Of a stretch of DNA of 64,000 nt, positions 27,938-39,273 are shown piece by piece. Under the pieces are notes generated by a model that saw only the letters and a list, made by a program, of their open reading frames with translations, was not told the DNA's origin and made no database searches. The DNA comes from an uncultured Bacilli bacterium (lineage in GTDB: Bacteria; Bacillota_I; Bacilli_A; RF39; UBA660). The number at the start of each line of letters is the position of its first letter. Position 1 is the first letter of the stretch. Position numbers and translations under genes: made by a program. The stretch is taken from NCBI GenBank assembly GCA_947626095.1, contig CANQQV010000001.1, forward strand, positions 32,001 through 96,000, given 5' to 3'.

Positions 27938-29077
27938 ATGGGTTTAATTAAAGCTTTAACTAGTTCAACATCTAGTGCTCTAGGTGATCAGTTTAAAGAG
28001 TACGTCACTTGTCCTAGTGTTGATAAAAATGTAATGATTGTCAAAGGTACAGTTAACCATGGCGAAGGTAATAAAAATCCTTCTGAAGGAGTTATTTCTA
28101 ATGGTAGCAAAATTGTTGTTCCTCAAGGATGGGCAATGATGCTAATCGACAATGGTAAAGTTATTGAATTCTCAGCTGAACCTGGTGAATATACTTATGA
28201 TAACAGTAGTGAACCAAGTATATTCTATGGTGGCTTATGGAAAGGTATTGGAGACACATTTAAAACTATTGGTTCAAGGATTACATATGGTGGTCAAACA
28301 GCTAGGGATCAAAGAGTTTACTATGTTAACTTACTTAATGTTTTAGGTAATAAATTTGGTTCACCACAACCTAAAAAAATTACTGATGAAAAATACGGAA
28401 TTATTGAAGTTACATTCTTTGGCGAATATGCCTATAAAGTAGAAGATCCAATTGCTTTAGTAGCTAATGTAATCGGAGCTAATGCTAAAGACCAAGTAAC
28501 TTTCGACGAAGTAATGGGTTCACAATTAAAAAATGAATTCGTTGAACAAATAACTAAAGCTATTACTGAAGTAATGAGACTTAAAAAAGTTTCTTTCGGT
28601 GATATGGGTATGTATGGTAGCGATATTTCAGATAAGATGAATGAAATATTAAGCTCTTCATGGAAAGAAAAATATGGTATTATCGTAACTGATGTTGCTA
28701 TGGGTGATATCAACGTTACTGATGAATCAATGGAAAGAATTAACAAGATTGATGATGCAACTATCTTCTCAGATGCTAAATTACAATCTGGTTTATTGGC
28801 TAACGCTTCTGCTGAAGCTCTTAAAGCTGCTGCAAGCAATGAAAATGGTGCAATGATGGGCTTCGCTGGATTAAACATGGCTAATAATGCCGGTGCTGTT
28901 ATGATGGGTGTTGCTAATCAAAATGCTCAAGCTCAAGCTGCTACTAATCCTGCCCCAGCTCCTACTGCTCCTGTAGCTGGTGCTGTAACAGGTACAGCTC
29001 CAAAATTCTGCCCTAACTGTGGAACACCAACTAATGGTGGAAACTTCTGTGGTAACTGCGGACAAAAATTAAATTAA
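27938..29077 (+). CDS. SPFH/band-7-like protein with C-terminal zinc ribbon
   Basis: ISNGSKIVVPQG, EPGEYTY, DQRVYYVN, KFGS, AASNENGAMMGF, KFCPNCG..NFCGNCG. Confidence 0.85.
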   Translation: MGLIKALTSSTSSALGDQFKEYVTCPSVDKNVMIVKGTVNHGEGNKNPSEGVISNGSKIVVPQGWAMMLIDNGKVIEFSAEPGEYTYDNSSEPSIFYGGLWKGIGDTFKTIGSRITYGGQTARDQRVYYVNLLNVLGNKFGSPQPKKITDEKYGIIEVTFFGEYAYKVEDPIALVANVIGANAKDQVTFDEVMGSQLKNEFVEQITKAITEVMRLKKVSFGDMGMYGSDISDKMNEILSSSWKEKYGIIVTDVAMGDINVTDESMERINKIDDATIFSDAKLQSGLLANASAEALKAAASNENGAMMGFAGLNMANNAGAVMMGVANQNAQAQAATNPAPAPTAPVAGAVTGTAPKFCPNCGTPTNGGNFCGNCGQKLN

Positions 29078-29106
29078 AAAAATCTACGAAAGTAGATTTT
29101 TTTTTT
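29077..29106. terminator. Bidirectional intrinsic terminator
   Basis: AAAAAATCTAC-GAAA-GTAGATTTTTT. Confidence 0.75.
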
Positions 29107-29110
29107 GCTC

Positions 29111-29785
29111 TTAAACTTCTAAATACTTATAAAATAAATTAACTAGTTCTTCATAATCAGAGAATAATTTAACATTACCATCTAAATCAACAATTTCATA
29201 ATCAAAAGAACAACCAATCTCTGTACAAACCATAACCATTGAAAGATCTGTTATATTCTTAACTGATTCAACTAATTCTGGCTTATAATTAGAATCTAAC
29301 ATTTTTTCAATTTGATCATTTCCCGTCGTAACTAAGTATAAATTACCATCACTAGTAATTGCAAATAACATTTCTAAAGCATCTAAGCCATAACTATCAA
29401 TTTTAAAGATATCAACGACGTTAGCAAGATTTAATTTAATTCCTACTGATCCTGAATCTCCAGGTATATCAACTTTATTAACATCACCCATACTATCTTC
29501 ATATTCTAAATATAAATTATTATCCGTACCTAAATCGTATATATATCCACTATTATCTGTACCTTTACCAATCGTAAATGTTTTAACCCAACCTTTTCTT
29601 CCTTTTGCTATATTAGCTAAATAACTTTTATAACGTTCATTTATCGAAGTTTCCTCAGCTTTAACTTCTTCTTTTTGTTCCAGCACAGTAGGACATTCTT
29701 TCTTATTAATAACTTCCGTATTAAGTAAATAACCACCTAATAAAATAACTACTAAACTTAAAACAACAATAACAACATTCTTCAT
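29111..29785 (-). CDS. Hypothetical membrane-anchored extracellular protein
   Basis: N-terminal TM then soluble domain; RBS GAAGGGA. Confidence 0.7.
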   Translation of the reverse strand: MKNVVIVVLSLVVILLGGYLLNTEVINKKECPTVLEQKEEVKAEETSINERYKSYLANIAKGRKGWVKTFTIGKGTDNSGYIYDLGTDNNLYLEYEDSMGDVNKVDIPGDSGSVGIKLNLANVVDIFKIDSYGLDALEMLFAITSDGNLYLVTTGNDQIEKMLDSNYKPELVESVKNITDLSMVMVCTEIGCSFDYEIVDLDGNVKLFSDYEELVNLFYKYLEV

Positions 29786-29820
29786 TTAATCTATCCCTTC
29801 TCTTTTAATTATAATACATA

Positions 29821-30036
29821 TTACTTTTTTAATCTTTTAAACTTATCCATCATTCTTTTTCTTCTAATTTCTTCTTCATCTAAATCTAATTCATACTTAT
29901 CATTTCTTAATATTACAATAGAACCTTCTCTATAACCTTTAGGTAATAAAGTAATATCTATTTCTTTTTTTTCTTTATTTTCAATATTCTCTAATACCGC
30001 AATATTATTTTCAATACGATCAATACTATATTTCAT
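29821..30036 (-). CDS. DUF3006 family protein
   Basis: YSIDRIENNIAVLE..LPKGYREGS; usual position downstream of a ComEC-like MBL hydrolase. Confidence 0.85.
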   Translation of the reverse strand: MKYSIDRIENNIAVLENIENKEKKEIDITLLPKGYREGSIVILRNDKYELDLDEEEIRRKRMMDKFKRLKK

Positions 30037-30044
30037 CTTCTCAC

Positions 30045-30938
30045 CTACCCATTCGTATCTGTTTCAAAACCACTAATTTCTATCTTACTCCCATTACTAG
30101 TCAGTAATATAGTTCCTATTTCACTAGTCATATAAATCTTTTTCGTATAATTTCTTATTCTATTTAAAGTATCTTTACTAGGATGTCCATAACTATTTTC
30201 TTTAGCTACTGATATAATAGCATACTTAGGTGTTACTTTATCTAAGAATTCCTTAGTACTACTATAAGCTGATCCATGATGTCCTACTTTTAATACATCA
30301 ACATCAATATTTTTATCTAATAATATCTTTTCTACTTTATCTGTAGCATCCCCCGTAAATAAATAAGAGTATTCACCAAAGATCATCTTTAAAATAATTG
30401 ACGTATTATTTAAATCCGAATCATCTGTTCCTGTATACATAACTTCTAAGTCAGCTTCCCCTAATTTAAATTTATCTCCTATTTTTGGAACCGTTATTTG
30501 TAATCCTTTCTTATCTATCGCATCCAATACATCTTCAAATGTCTTAGTCGTTGTAATAACTTCAGGCATATAAACTGTATCTACATCAAAATTATTTATA
30601 ATATCATCTAAACCACCAATATGATCTTCATGGGGATGAGTTCCAACAACATAATCAAACTTACTTATTCCTAAATCTTTTTTAAAATACTTAACTAACT
30701 TTTCGCCATCTTCATTATTCCCAGCATCAATTAACATATTATGTCCTTGATTAGTTATTAAAATACTATCAGCTTGACCAACATCTATAAAATAAACTTG
30801 TAAATCACTACTTACTGTATTTTTATTTGAATAAGTTTCTTCTTGATTATTACATAGAGAGATTAAATAACCAATAACTGCTACTAAAAATATAAAAGTA
30901 ACTAAATAATTATTCTTTCTTTTTCTTCTTCTACCCAT
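30045..30938 (-). CDS. ComEC/Rec2-related MBL-fold metallo-hydrolase
   Basis: FIDVGQADS, LIDAG, THPHEDHIGG, LFTGDA, LKVGHHGS, YGHP. Confidence 0.9.
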   Translation of the reverse strand: MGRRRKRKNNYLVTFIFLVAVIGYLISLCNNQEETYSNKNTVSSDLQVYFIDVGQADSILITNQGHNMLIDAGNNEDGEKLVKYFKKDLGISKFDYVVGTHPHEDHIGGLDDIINNFDVDTVYMPEVITTTKTFEDVLDAIDKKGLQITVPKIGDKFKLGEADLEVMYTGTDDSDLNNTSIILKMIFGEYSYLFTGDATDKVEKILLDKNIDVDVLKVGHHGSAYSSTKEFLDKVTPKYAIISVAKENSYGHPSKDTLNRIRNYTKKIYMTSEIGTILLTSNGSKIEISGFETDTNG

Positions 30939-30996
30939 AATAAAAACCTACTTTATATAAATATTATACCATGTATAACATTTAAGTAGGTTATAA

Positions 30997-31989
30997 TTAT
31001 TCTTTATTATCTTTTGGTTTTAACATTAGTTTCTTTAGTACTTCTTCTTTACCTTCTTTAGCAATTACCTTATCACTAAACGTAATATCATCATACTTAT
31101 TATTAACATATAAATCTATTAACATATATATAGCATCCATTAAAAATTCACTATCTTGTAATAACATCCTTACTATTTCATCTACTGAATTCTTTTCATA
31201 TACCTCAATATGTTCTTTTAAAACTTTATTATCTTCAACTAAATTAACTAAATATTTACTAGCTCGATAATCAATTAAAGCTAATTGCAAAATTAATTCT
31301 TTAGCATTCTTTTGATCTACTTTAAATAAATTATGCATAAAACCTTCAACACTATAAACAATTCCTTCAGGGAAATTAATCATTATTGTTTGTTTATATA
31401 AACGACTTTGTTCTCTAATACTCTTTACTACCTTATCAATTGTTACATCTTCATTATAAGTATCTAAATCTAACTCATGACAAGGAAATATTTCTTTTAA
31501 TTTTTTATTTTCTGAAGGCGATAATGATCTAACTAAGATAACTTTTCCTAATTCATTTAAATTATAAAAATCATATGAAGCTTTAATCATTGTATTAAAT
31601 AAACCAATATTAGCACTTATCTCTGCTAATAAATCATTAAAATCAACAATATTCCATAACTGGAAGAATATATCTATATCTTCTTCTGTTGCTATTCCTT
31701 CTCTTTGACGATAAGCAAACATCTTATATGCATCTAAATAAACAACACCCATAAAAAATTCACGATATATTTCTAAAGACTTTTCATTAGAATCTTCTAA
31801 AGAATATACATAATCCATTATCTTATCTATACCCTCTTTAGTACTAACTCCAACTAATAAATTTTTTTCAACTATACTATTTATTTTTTCTCTAATACTT
31901 TGATTAAAATTCATTATTTTATACTCTGTCATAACCATTCCCCCAATGGTTCTTATTGTAGCAAATTTTCTTATATTAAAAAAGAGCAA
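30997..31989 (-). CDS. Hypothetical helical cytoplasmic protein (true start probably the Met near 31938)
   Basis: 330-aa ORF; a GGGGGA RBS-like motif precedes MVMTEY. Confidence 0.65.
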   Translation of the reverse strand: MLFFNIRKFATIRTIGGMVMTEYKIMNFNQSIREKINSIVEKNLLVGVSTKEGIDKIMDYVYSLEDSNEKSLEIYREFFMGVVYLDAYKMFAYRQREGIATEEDIDIFFQLWNIVDFNDLLAEISANIGLFNTMIKASYDFYNLNELGKVILVRSLSPSENKKLKEIFPCHELDLDTYNEDVTIDKVVKSIREQSRLYKQTIMINFPEGIVYSVEGFMHNLFKVDQKNAKELILQLALIDYRASKYLVNLVEDNKVLKEHIEVYEKNSVDEIVRMLLQDSEFLMDAIYMLIDLYVNNKYDDITFSDKVIAKEGKEEVLKKLMLKPKDNKE

Positions 31990-32060
31990 ATTTTATATAT
32001 AGTCAATTGCTAAAATACCAATTATGTGATTTAATTTTATTAGAGTAAAGGAATGTTAAT

Positions 32061-32744
32061 ATGAAAAAACTATCATCGGATAAAGCCTTAGAATTATTAA
32101 TTAAAGATGTTATTCATCAAAAAGAAGAACTTGAATTACCAAAGAATAAATGGGTTAAACACTGTATATTTACTGCCATCGCCGCTGGACGCATAGCTCG
32201 AAAACTTAATTTAGATGAAGACTACGCTAATGCCTTAGGTTATATCCATGATATTGGTCGTAAAATAAGTCATGATAATCATCCAATTTATGGTTACAGA
32301 TACATGGTTAAAGAAGGTTATGAAGAAGAAGCTAGAAGTTGTATAACTCACTCTTTCATTGATAACGATATCAATCTTACAGCTGGACCTCCTCCAGAAG
32401 GAGAAGCTTACGAGTTTATGAGCGATTATCTAGCTAATACTGAATTAACTATCTATGATAACATTGTTCAAATGTGCGATTTATTCTGTTTAGAAACTGG
32501 TTTTACTACTGTCGAAAGAAGATTACTAGACATTACTAAAAGAAAAGGTGTATATTCACAATCTGCAGCTCACCTAGAAAGTACCTTTAATTTAAAAGAA
32601 CGTCTAGAAACCCAAATGGGTTGTTCACTATATTCTCTATTCCCTGAAATAAGTCCAGATATTATTGCTTCTATTGAAACAGATCATCAAGAACTAGTTA
32701 CATTAATTGAGCAATCTAAACAACAAAACAAAAGATCACTATAG
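32061..32744 (+). CDS. HD-domain phosphohydrolase
   Basis: WVKHC..GYIHDIGRK..HPIYGY..CITHSF..QMCD. Confidence 0.85.
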   Translation: MKKLSSDKALELLIKDVIHQKEELELPKNKWVKHCIFTAIAAGRIARKLNLDEDYANALGYIHDIGRKISHDNHPIYGYRYMVKEGYEEEARSCITHSFIDNDINLTAGPPPEGEAYEFMSDYLANTELTIYDNIVQMCDLFCLETGFTTVERRLLDITKRKGVYSQSAAHLESTFNLKERLETQMGCSLYSLFPEISPDIIASIETDHQELVTLIEQSKQQNKRSL

Positions 32745-32760
32745 TTTTAAGGAGGTTCAT

Positions 32761-34134
32761 ATGGAAAAGAAAAAACCAAATATTATCTTATACACAATTT
32801 TAATGTGTATCATCTTTCTTTTTATTACTGAAGGAATTATCTGGGGCTACGGTGGAAGACTAATCTATAGTGCTATTGCTACCCTTCCCCAAGGTCATCT
32901 AGTTATTAGTGAAGCAGTATTAGCTGTAATGGTTCTTATCGTTATGCTAATTTTTAAAAATTCCTATGTCTTCACGCAAAAAAAAGAAAAACTATCAACT
33001 AGTTTATTTTATGGATTATTCGATATAATTTGTGCCTGCATTTTCACTTTACTATATGGTGTATTAAGTGGTGGTTTATTTAGTGGCCTTGCTGTCATAA
33101 ACATATTCATTGGTTGTATCCTTGTAGGTATATGTGAAGAATTTCTCTGTCGTGGTTGGTTACTAAACGAATTCCTAGAAAGATTTGGTGACACCAAAAA
33201 AGGTATTTGGTATTCAATTATTATAAGTGGTATCATCTTTGGTCTAATGCATATTGGTAATATCTTTACTGTCGGTCAAAGTGTTATTTCCACCATCAGT
33301 CAAGTTGTAAATGCCACAGGGGCTGGTATTTTCTATGGCATAATATACTACAAAACTAAAAATATATGGTCCGTAATAATCCTTCATGCCTTTTGGGATT
33401 TTTCCTTATTTTTAGGAGATTTAGCTCCAGTAACTGAACTAGTAGAAACGCACCAAACAATAAGTATCATTTCACTTATTTTTACCATCTTAATTGTTTT
33501 AGCTCAATTAATTAATATTATTCCCTATCTAAAAGATATTAATAATAAACCTAAAAAAAGCGTAATCATCTACTTAGCAATCCTAAGTACATTCCTATAC
33601 CTAGTATTTACAATAACTATGGTAGTCTTAACAACTAAAAGTAGTAATACATATGAATTTGGTAATCTTCGCTTAGATAACTATGCTATAACTAGAGATA
33701 ACTATCAAGAATACAATATCTATTATACTGGTTCGGATAATTACTCGTTCAAAATAAGTAAAACTAACAAAAATAACCTATTAATTACTAACTTAAACAC
33801 TGAATCATCAGTCGAAATTGAATGTGAACAATTAATTGATTATCTAATTTTAGAACAAGATAAATACTATATTCTAAGTTACCTAGATTATACAGATAGC
33901 CAAAACTATTTCTTAAACTACATTTATTTACCTAAGGAAGAATTATCTAATGAAGATGAATACTTAGATCATATTAAGAATGACATGAAGAAATATTTAG
34001 TTAACGAAAGTAGTGAACTAGTCGTAATAAGTGACAATGCTAATCACACTTCATATGTTAGTAGTTATAATGTCGATTATGGTTATTACGTTCTTACTAG
34101 TGAAGACAGTGTTTCTATCTTAAACCGTGATTAA
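32761..34134 (+). CDS. CPBP (Abi/CAAX) intramembrane metalloprotease with C-terminal extracellular domain
   Basis: GICEEFLCRG, IFGLMH, LHAFWD motifs; ATG at 32761 follows AAGGAGG (the track start at 32707 is probably too early). Confidence 0.88.
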   Translation: MEKKKPNIILYTILMCIIFLFITEGIIWGYGGRLIYSAIATLPQGHLVISEAVLAVMVLIVMLIFKNSYVFTQKKEKLSTSLFYGLFDIICACIFTLLYGVLSGGLFSGLAVINIFIGCILVGICEEFLCRGWLLNEFLERFGDTKKGIWYSIIISGIIFGLMHIGNIFTVGQSVISTISQVVNATGAGIFYGIIYYKTKNIWSVIILHAFWDFSLFLGDLAPVTELVETHQTISIISLIFTILIVLAQLINIIPYLKDINNKPKKSVIIYLAILSTFLYLVFTITMVVLTTKSSNTYEFGNLRLDNYAITRDNYQEYNIYYTGSDNYSFKISKTNKNNLLITNLNTESSVEIECEQLIDYLILEQDKYYILSYLDYTDSQNYFLNYIYLPKEELSNEDEYLDHIKNDMKKYLVNESSELVVISDNANHTSYVSSYNVDYGYYVLTSEDSVSILNRD

Positions 34135-34177
34135 TATGATATAATAACTCCTAGTTAACAAAATTAAGGAGGTTTAT

Positions 34178-34684
34178 ATGAAAGCAAGATGTAAAATATT
34201 TATTGCTGCCATCCTAAGCTGTGGTATCATTACCAACGTTAGATCATGTTCTGGTAATATTAAAATGTCCAAACCTCCCATTATTAATTATGAACAATAT
34301 GATATTGAAGATAATCCTATCTTTGCTACATATAGTGAAGGAAAAATATATATAACCGAAAATCCCCAAGATATAACTGACGAACAGGAAAAAGATATCG
34401 TCATTGCTGATTATCGTGACATAAAAGAAGATATGCAAATAACATCTTCATATCGTATTAATGACATATCAACTCAATTAAAAATTATTGATTTACTTCT
34501 AACATACAATGAACTATATCCTAGTGATACTCCATGGAATAGAACAAAAAACTCCATGTTAAACGAATGGATAGCTCATAACATCGCCTACCTTTGTAAT
34601 TACGAAAGACAAAGTAGTGAAAGTGTTGATTTTGAAAACAATGAAGAAGAAAGATACAATATCTTAAAATTAATAAAAAAATAA
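34178..34684 (+). CDS. Hypothetical secreted protein
   Basis: AAGGAGG RBS, signal-like N-terminus, WNRT..SMLNEWIAHN motif. Confidence 0.65.
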   Translation: MKARCKIFIAAILSCGIITNVRSCSGNIKMSKPPIINYEQYDIEDNPIFATYSEGKIYITENPQDITDEQEKDIVIADYRDIKEDMQITSSYRINDISTQLKIIDLLLTYNELYPSDTPWNRTKNSMLNEWIAHNIAYLCNYERQSSESVDFENNEEERYNILKLIKK

Positions 34685-34730
34685 ACTAGAATATAAGAAC
34701 CTATATTCTAGTTTTTATGTAAATATATTA

Positions 34731-36533
34731 TTAAGATATTAAATAACTTATTTTCTTTCTCATATACATCATAGTAGGAAATAATAGTATTAAAAAAACA
34801 TAACCTATTATTACAATAGAAAACAATAATAAATAACTAACTGGTAAAATCAAATTAAAGTTATATCTAAATAACAAGAATAATAAAGACAAATAAAATA
34901 TAAAAATACTTAATAATAAACAAATAATAATTTGATAAATATATTCATAATATATAATAAATACTATCTGTGATTTTCTTAAACCAAATATCTGTAAATA
35001 CCCTATTTCTTTTTTACGATAAAACAAACTAAGTCTTATTTGATTAAAAATAAACAGCAATCCTATTAAACTAATTATAAAAGCAATAATAAATATAACA
35101 TCAGCAATAGTATTGGCAATACTTGTAACATTTGCTATTTTATTTTCTAATGACAAATAATTACTAAATGGATTATCAATCAAATACTTATAGTATATAC
35201 TTTCTTTATCATAAATATTATTATCTCCTATATACTTATACATACTCGTATTTTCATCAATAATACTACCAATTATCTTTAACTCATCATACATCATAAA
35301 AACAGCCGGTTTATTAATATTTTGATATAAATAATTCCAATCGTATTGAAAGTAAATGTTATTATCATAATTATCTTCAGCCTTACCAACAACACCAACT
35401 ATTTTATATTTAACATCTTTAATTATTATTTCTCTATTAATAGCTTCCTTGTATGTCATATGTAAAACATCTTCAACATACCTGTAATCAACCAATACCT
35501 CCAATTGATTTTCAGGAGTTCTTCCACACTCTAAAACACCTGGTATCTTAAAATTAACAGCATCATAATCATATATAGGATATACATCATATAATTCATC
35601 ATTAAAAACATAACTATCATATTTTATAAATTCACTAGAATTAATTAATTGTTCAGCTTCTGAATATTGTTCTAAACCAGGAATCATATTATAACTTATA
35701 TACATATAAGGATAGCTATTTTTAGAATAATTAACATATTCGTTAGGAAAATACATTTTTAAAGATATAGCCAATAATATTAATATTAAAAATACTACAA
35801 TAATGATTTTAGTAAAGTAGTTATGTTTAATTTTACTACGTGCATATTTACAAAGATACTTCAAATTAAAATTATTTATTTCCTCACTACTTTCAATATA
35901 TGACTTTGATTCGAATTTATCTTTTTTACGTTTTTCTATCTTACCATAATTCAAATGTACTACTTCTCCATATGCATCAAAAATATCTTTATGAGTAACT
36001 AAAATAATTATCCTATCTTTAATTTTAGATAAATATTTAATAAAAATTAAAGAATTTTTAATATCTAAAGCAGATGTCGGTTCATCTAACAAAATAATTT
36101 TTCGATTGTTTAACAATGTCCTTATTAAAGCAAAACGTTGTCGTTCTCCACCAGATATTTCATTTGGATATTTATTAAGTAAATGAAAAACACCAAACAA
36201 TTTAGTATATCTAATAATCTCATTTAGATTATCATTTATGAGCATTAAATTATCTATTAAAGTTAGTGATGAAATAAGTAATGAATTTTGACACATATAA
36301 CCAATCATACTATGTAATTTTTTGGATGAGATTTTTCGTGTATCCACATCATCTATCAAATATTTTCCTTCATATTCATCAATAATTCCACAAAGAATAT
36401 TTAGTAAAGTAGTCTTACCACAGCCACTAACACCTTTAATTATATATATATTATTATATTCAAAAGTTATATTTATATCATCTAACACTTTATTTCCATT
36501 ATAACATTTAGTAATGTTTTTCAAAGTAATCAT
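34731..36533 (-). CDS. ABC exporter, fused ATPase + FtsX/MacB-like permease
   Basis: GVSGCGKTT, ISGGERQR, ILLDEPTSALD, VTH; RKKEIGYLQIFG FtsX motif with TMs. Confidence 0.85.
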   Translation of the reverse strand: MITLKNITKCYNGNKVLDDINITFEYNNIYIIKGVSGCGKTTLLNILCGIIDEYEGKYLIDDVDTRKISSKKLHSMIGYMCQNSLLISSLTLIDNLMLINDNLNEIIRYTKLFGVFHLLNKYPNEISGGERQRFALIRTLLNNRKIILLDEPTSALDIKNSLIFIKYLSKIKDRIIILVTHKDIFDAYGEVVHLNYGKIEKRKKDKFESKSYIESSEEINNFNLKYLCKYARSKIKHNYFTKIIIVVFLILILLAISLKMYFPNEYVNYSKNSYPYMYISYNMIPGLEQYSEAEQLINSSEFIKYDSYVFNDELYDVYPIYDYDAVNFKIPGVLECGRTPENQLEVLVDYRYVEDVLHMTYKEAINREIIIKDVKYKIVGVVGKAEDNYDNNIYFQYDWNYLYQNINKPAVFMMYDELKIIGSIIDENTSMYKYIGDNNIYDKESIYYKYLIDNPFSNYLSLENKIANVTSIANTIADVIFIIAFIISLIGLLFIFNQIRLSLFYRKKEIGYLQIFGLRKSQIVFIIYYEYIYQIIICLLLSIFIFYLSLLFLLFRYNFNLILPVSYLLLFSIVIIGYVFLILLFPTMMYMRKKISYLIS

Positions 36534-38398
36534 AATAAATCCCTACCTTTATAACTAACTTTTAACCAACCATCTATCTTTAAATGTCTAAAAGTAATTA
36601 AAGTTAATAAAATAGATATTACAAGTATTGATAAAAACATTATAAAAACAAAAGGTACATTACAACTAAATAAAACATAATTAGTAAAATTACATATATT
36701 ATTTAAAGTATTAAGTACAAAGCTTAATAATATCGACAAAATAAAAGATATAGTAAATAACTTAATAATTTCCACTATATAAACCAATTGCGTGGCTATT
36801 CTAATTTTATTTACTTTAAAACCTAAAGAGGCATAAATTCCTAAAATGTATTCATTATATTTTAAATCAATCAATTTATATTGTAGGTAAAAAATAATAA
36901 CAGTTATAATACTAATTACTATAGCTGGATATAAATAAACAGATAAAGAAGCTAAAAACATTTTTTGATCAACAAAATTTTCTCCTAAAGCATCAACTTC
37001 AATATTATCGGTATTAATGTCGCCATCTTCATTAAAATAATCTTTGTAAAATCTCATTAAATCTTTTTCTTCAGTAAAATAAAGTTCTAATGATAATTTA
37101 TTTAAGTTTAGGTTACTATCAGCAAAATACTTATCAAAATATTTACCATTAATAAAATATAAAGAATTTATTCCCTCAAGATTAGGATATAATCCGCCAC
37201 CACTAAAATACATGATTTCTTTTTCATTAAGCGAATCCATAATACCGATTATTTCAAATTCTTCAATATCATCAAATAAGTTAATTTTTATTTTTTCGCC
37301 AATTAAGTTGCTTGGTTTATTAGAAATTGAAAGAGCTTTATCCTGTGACAATATAACTTGCTTTTCCTTGGTAAAATAACTACCATATTTTATTATACTA
37401 GTTAATGGAAAGTTGCTACTTTTAGATGGCAAAGCTGAAATCATGTAATCATAATTTTCATTATAAGGTAAATTAGAAATATTTTCACGATAACTAAATA
37501 TTACTTCGCTTATATTATATTTTTCTTTAAGTTTTTCCAAATCATAATTCTGTGGAACCCTCACGCTTAAATAATTAACGCTACTCTTCCTTAAAGACGA
37601 CATAAGCATTTTACCATCTACATCAGAACAAAAATATACTATTAACAAACTTATTACAAAAACAAATATAAGTACAATTTTTGAGAATAAATTATTACGA
37701 TATGAGTTCTGTTTAAGCACAAATTTATATAAATTAGGTTTTTTAAGTTTAACTGTTTTTTCAGCAACTAACTCAGTATCAACAATTAAAGAATTATTTA
37801 CCTCAAAGCTAAAATCGGCATATTTTTTAGCATCTTTATCATGGGAAGCAAAAATAATCAACTTATCTTTTCCCATATTTTTCAATAACTTAAAAAGTTC
37901 TATTTTATTATTAAAATCTAATGAAGAACTAACTTCATCTAATAAAAATATTTTATTATCCAAAAGTAAAAATTGACATATTATTACTCTTTGCTGTTCA
38001 CCACCAGATATTTCTGAAGGCATTTTATCTAATATGTTATTAATTTTAAATTTTTTAGCCAATAAAGCTATTTTTTTGCAATCATCAGAACATAATCGCA
38101 AATTATCCATAATATTTAAATATTCAATAAGACGACTATCCTGACTTATATAAGCAATCAAGTCTTCTATTTCTTCTTTACATACTCTACCCGAATATGT
38201 TTTAGCATTTATTACAATACTCCCTGAATCAAAAGATTCAAAACCATATATAATATTCAAAAGAGTACTCTTACCACTTCCAGAATAACCATATAATAAA
38301 TAAAATCCATTTTTTCCAAAAGAATAACTAAAATCACTAATAACTGTTCTCTCACCAAAAGATTTAAAAATTTTTTTTAAGACAATAAAGCTTTCCAT
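36530..38398 (-). CDS. ABC exporter, fused ATPase + FtsX/MacB-like permease
   Basis: GYSGSGKST, ISGGEQQR, FLLDEVSSSLD, ASHD; ILGIYASLG and C-terminal TMs. Confidence 0.85.
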   Translation of the reverse strand: MESFIVLKKIFKSFGERTVISDFSYSFGKNGFYLLYGYSGSGKSTLLNIIYGFESFDSGSIVINAKTYSGRVCKEEIEDLIAYISQDSRLIEYLNIMDNLRLCSDDCKKIALLAKKFKINNILDKMPSEISGGEQQRVIICQFLLLDNKIFLLDEVSSSLDFNNKIELFKLLKNMGKDKLIIFASHDKDAKKYADFSFEVNNSLIVDTELVAEKTVKLKKPNLYKFVLKQNSYRNNLFSKIVLIFVFVISLLIVYFCSDVDGKMLMSSLRKSSVNYLSVRVPQNYDLEKLKEKYNISEVIFSYRENISNLPYNENYDYMISALPSKSSNFPLTSIIKYGSYFTKEKQVILSQDKALSISNKPSNLIGEKIKINLFDDIEEFEIIGIMDSLNEKEIMYFSGGGLYPNLEGINSLYFINGKYFDKYFADSNLNLNKLSLELYFTEEKDLMRFYKDYFNEDGDINTDNIEVDALGENFVDQKMFLASLSVYLYPAIVISIITVIIFYLQYKLIDLKYNEYILGIYASLGFKVNKIRIATQLVYIVEIIKLFTISFILSILLSFVLNTLNNICNFTNYVLFSCNVPFVFIMFLSILVISILLTLITFRHLKIDGWLKVSYKGRDLL

Positions 38399-38401
38399 AT
38401 T

Positions 38402-39196
38402 CTATCTCCCAAAATTTTCTAATAAAGCAAAAAGACTATCATATTCTCTTGGTAAATAATCAAAATGTTTAATTGTCTGTTCAATATTATGCTGTAAAAT
38501 ATAATTTTCTATTTTCAAAATCATATTATACATATCTTTATTTTTTGTTTTTCCACTTTCAACATTATCTCTTAACGAACCTGTTTCTGAGTTAATATAA
38601 TCAATTCTAACTCTCGAAATATACCCATAATCACTCAATAAAGCAACTTGCCAATGATTATTATTTATTTCCACCGATTGTTCCATTCCCCAATATACAT
38701 CAGGTCCAGGTTCTCTAATATATTCTTTATTAAATACATCATTAAAAAGGTATACCAAATCTTCTTTAGAAAAATGTTCAGTATCTAAGTCATCCAAATC
38801 TTTAACAGAAATTTCGCTACTAAAATTCTTATTTTCAAAAAAATCTATTATTTCCAATATTTCCTTAGTATATGTTTTATTATAAATCTTAGAAACCATT
38901 GGAATTTCTACTTGATCGATTTCTTCACCAGTATCTCCATCATAAATTGGCATATAATAACCATCCATATGTGGATATTTTAAATTATAAGAATCAAAAG
39001 CATAACTACATATATTACCTTTTTCATCTCTTACCATTGTAAACTCATAAACCCAATCATCATCTTTATCCAAATAGCTATTTACATTAAAATATCTTAG
39101 GCTATCGTTACTTTCTGAAGGTTGTTCTTTCTTTTCGCAGCCAAAAGAGAGAAATATAATACAGCTTAAAACTAGGGTTAAAGAAAATCGTTTCAA
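38402..39196 (-). CDS. Hypothetical lipoprotein
   Basis: Lipobox LSFGC; AGGAGG RBS before the TTG start. Confidence 0.75.
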   Translation of the reverse strand: MKRFSLTLVLSCIIFLSFGCEKKEQPSESNDSLRYFNVNSYLDKDDDWVYEFTMVRDEKGNICSYAFDSYNLKYPHMDGYYMPIYDGDTGEEIDQVEIPMVSKIYNKTYTKEILEIIDFFENKNFSSEISVKDLDDLDTEHFSKEDLVYLFNDVFNKEYIREPGPDVYWGMEQSVEINNNHWQVALLSDYGYISRVRIDYINSETGSLRDNVESGKTKNKDMYNMILKIENYILQHNIEQTIKHFDYLPREYDSLFALLENFGR

Positions 39197-39273
39197 ATCA
39201 AAAACCTCCTTTTAGCAAAAAAGAGAAAATTACTTTCTCGATTTTACAAACTATATCATATAAACTAAAATAT

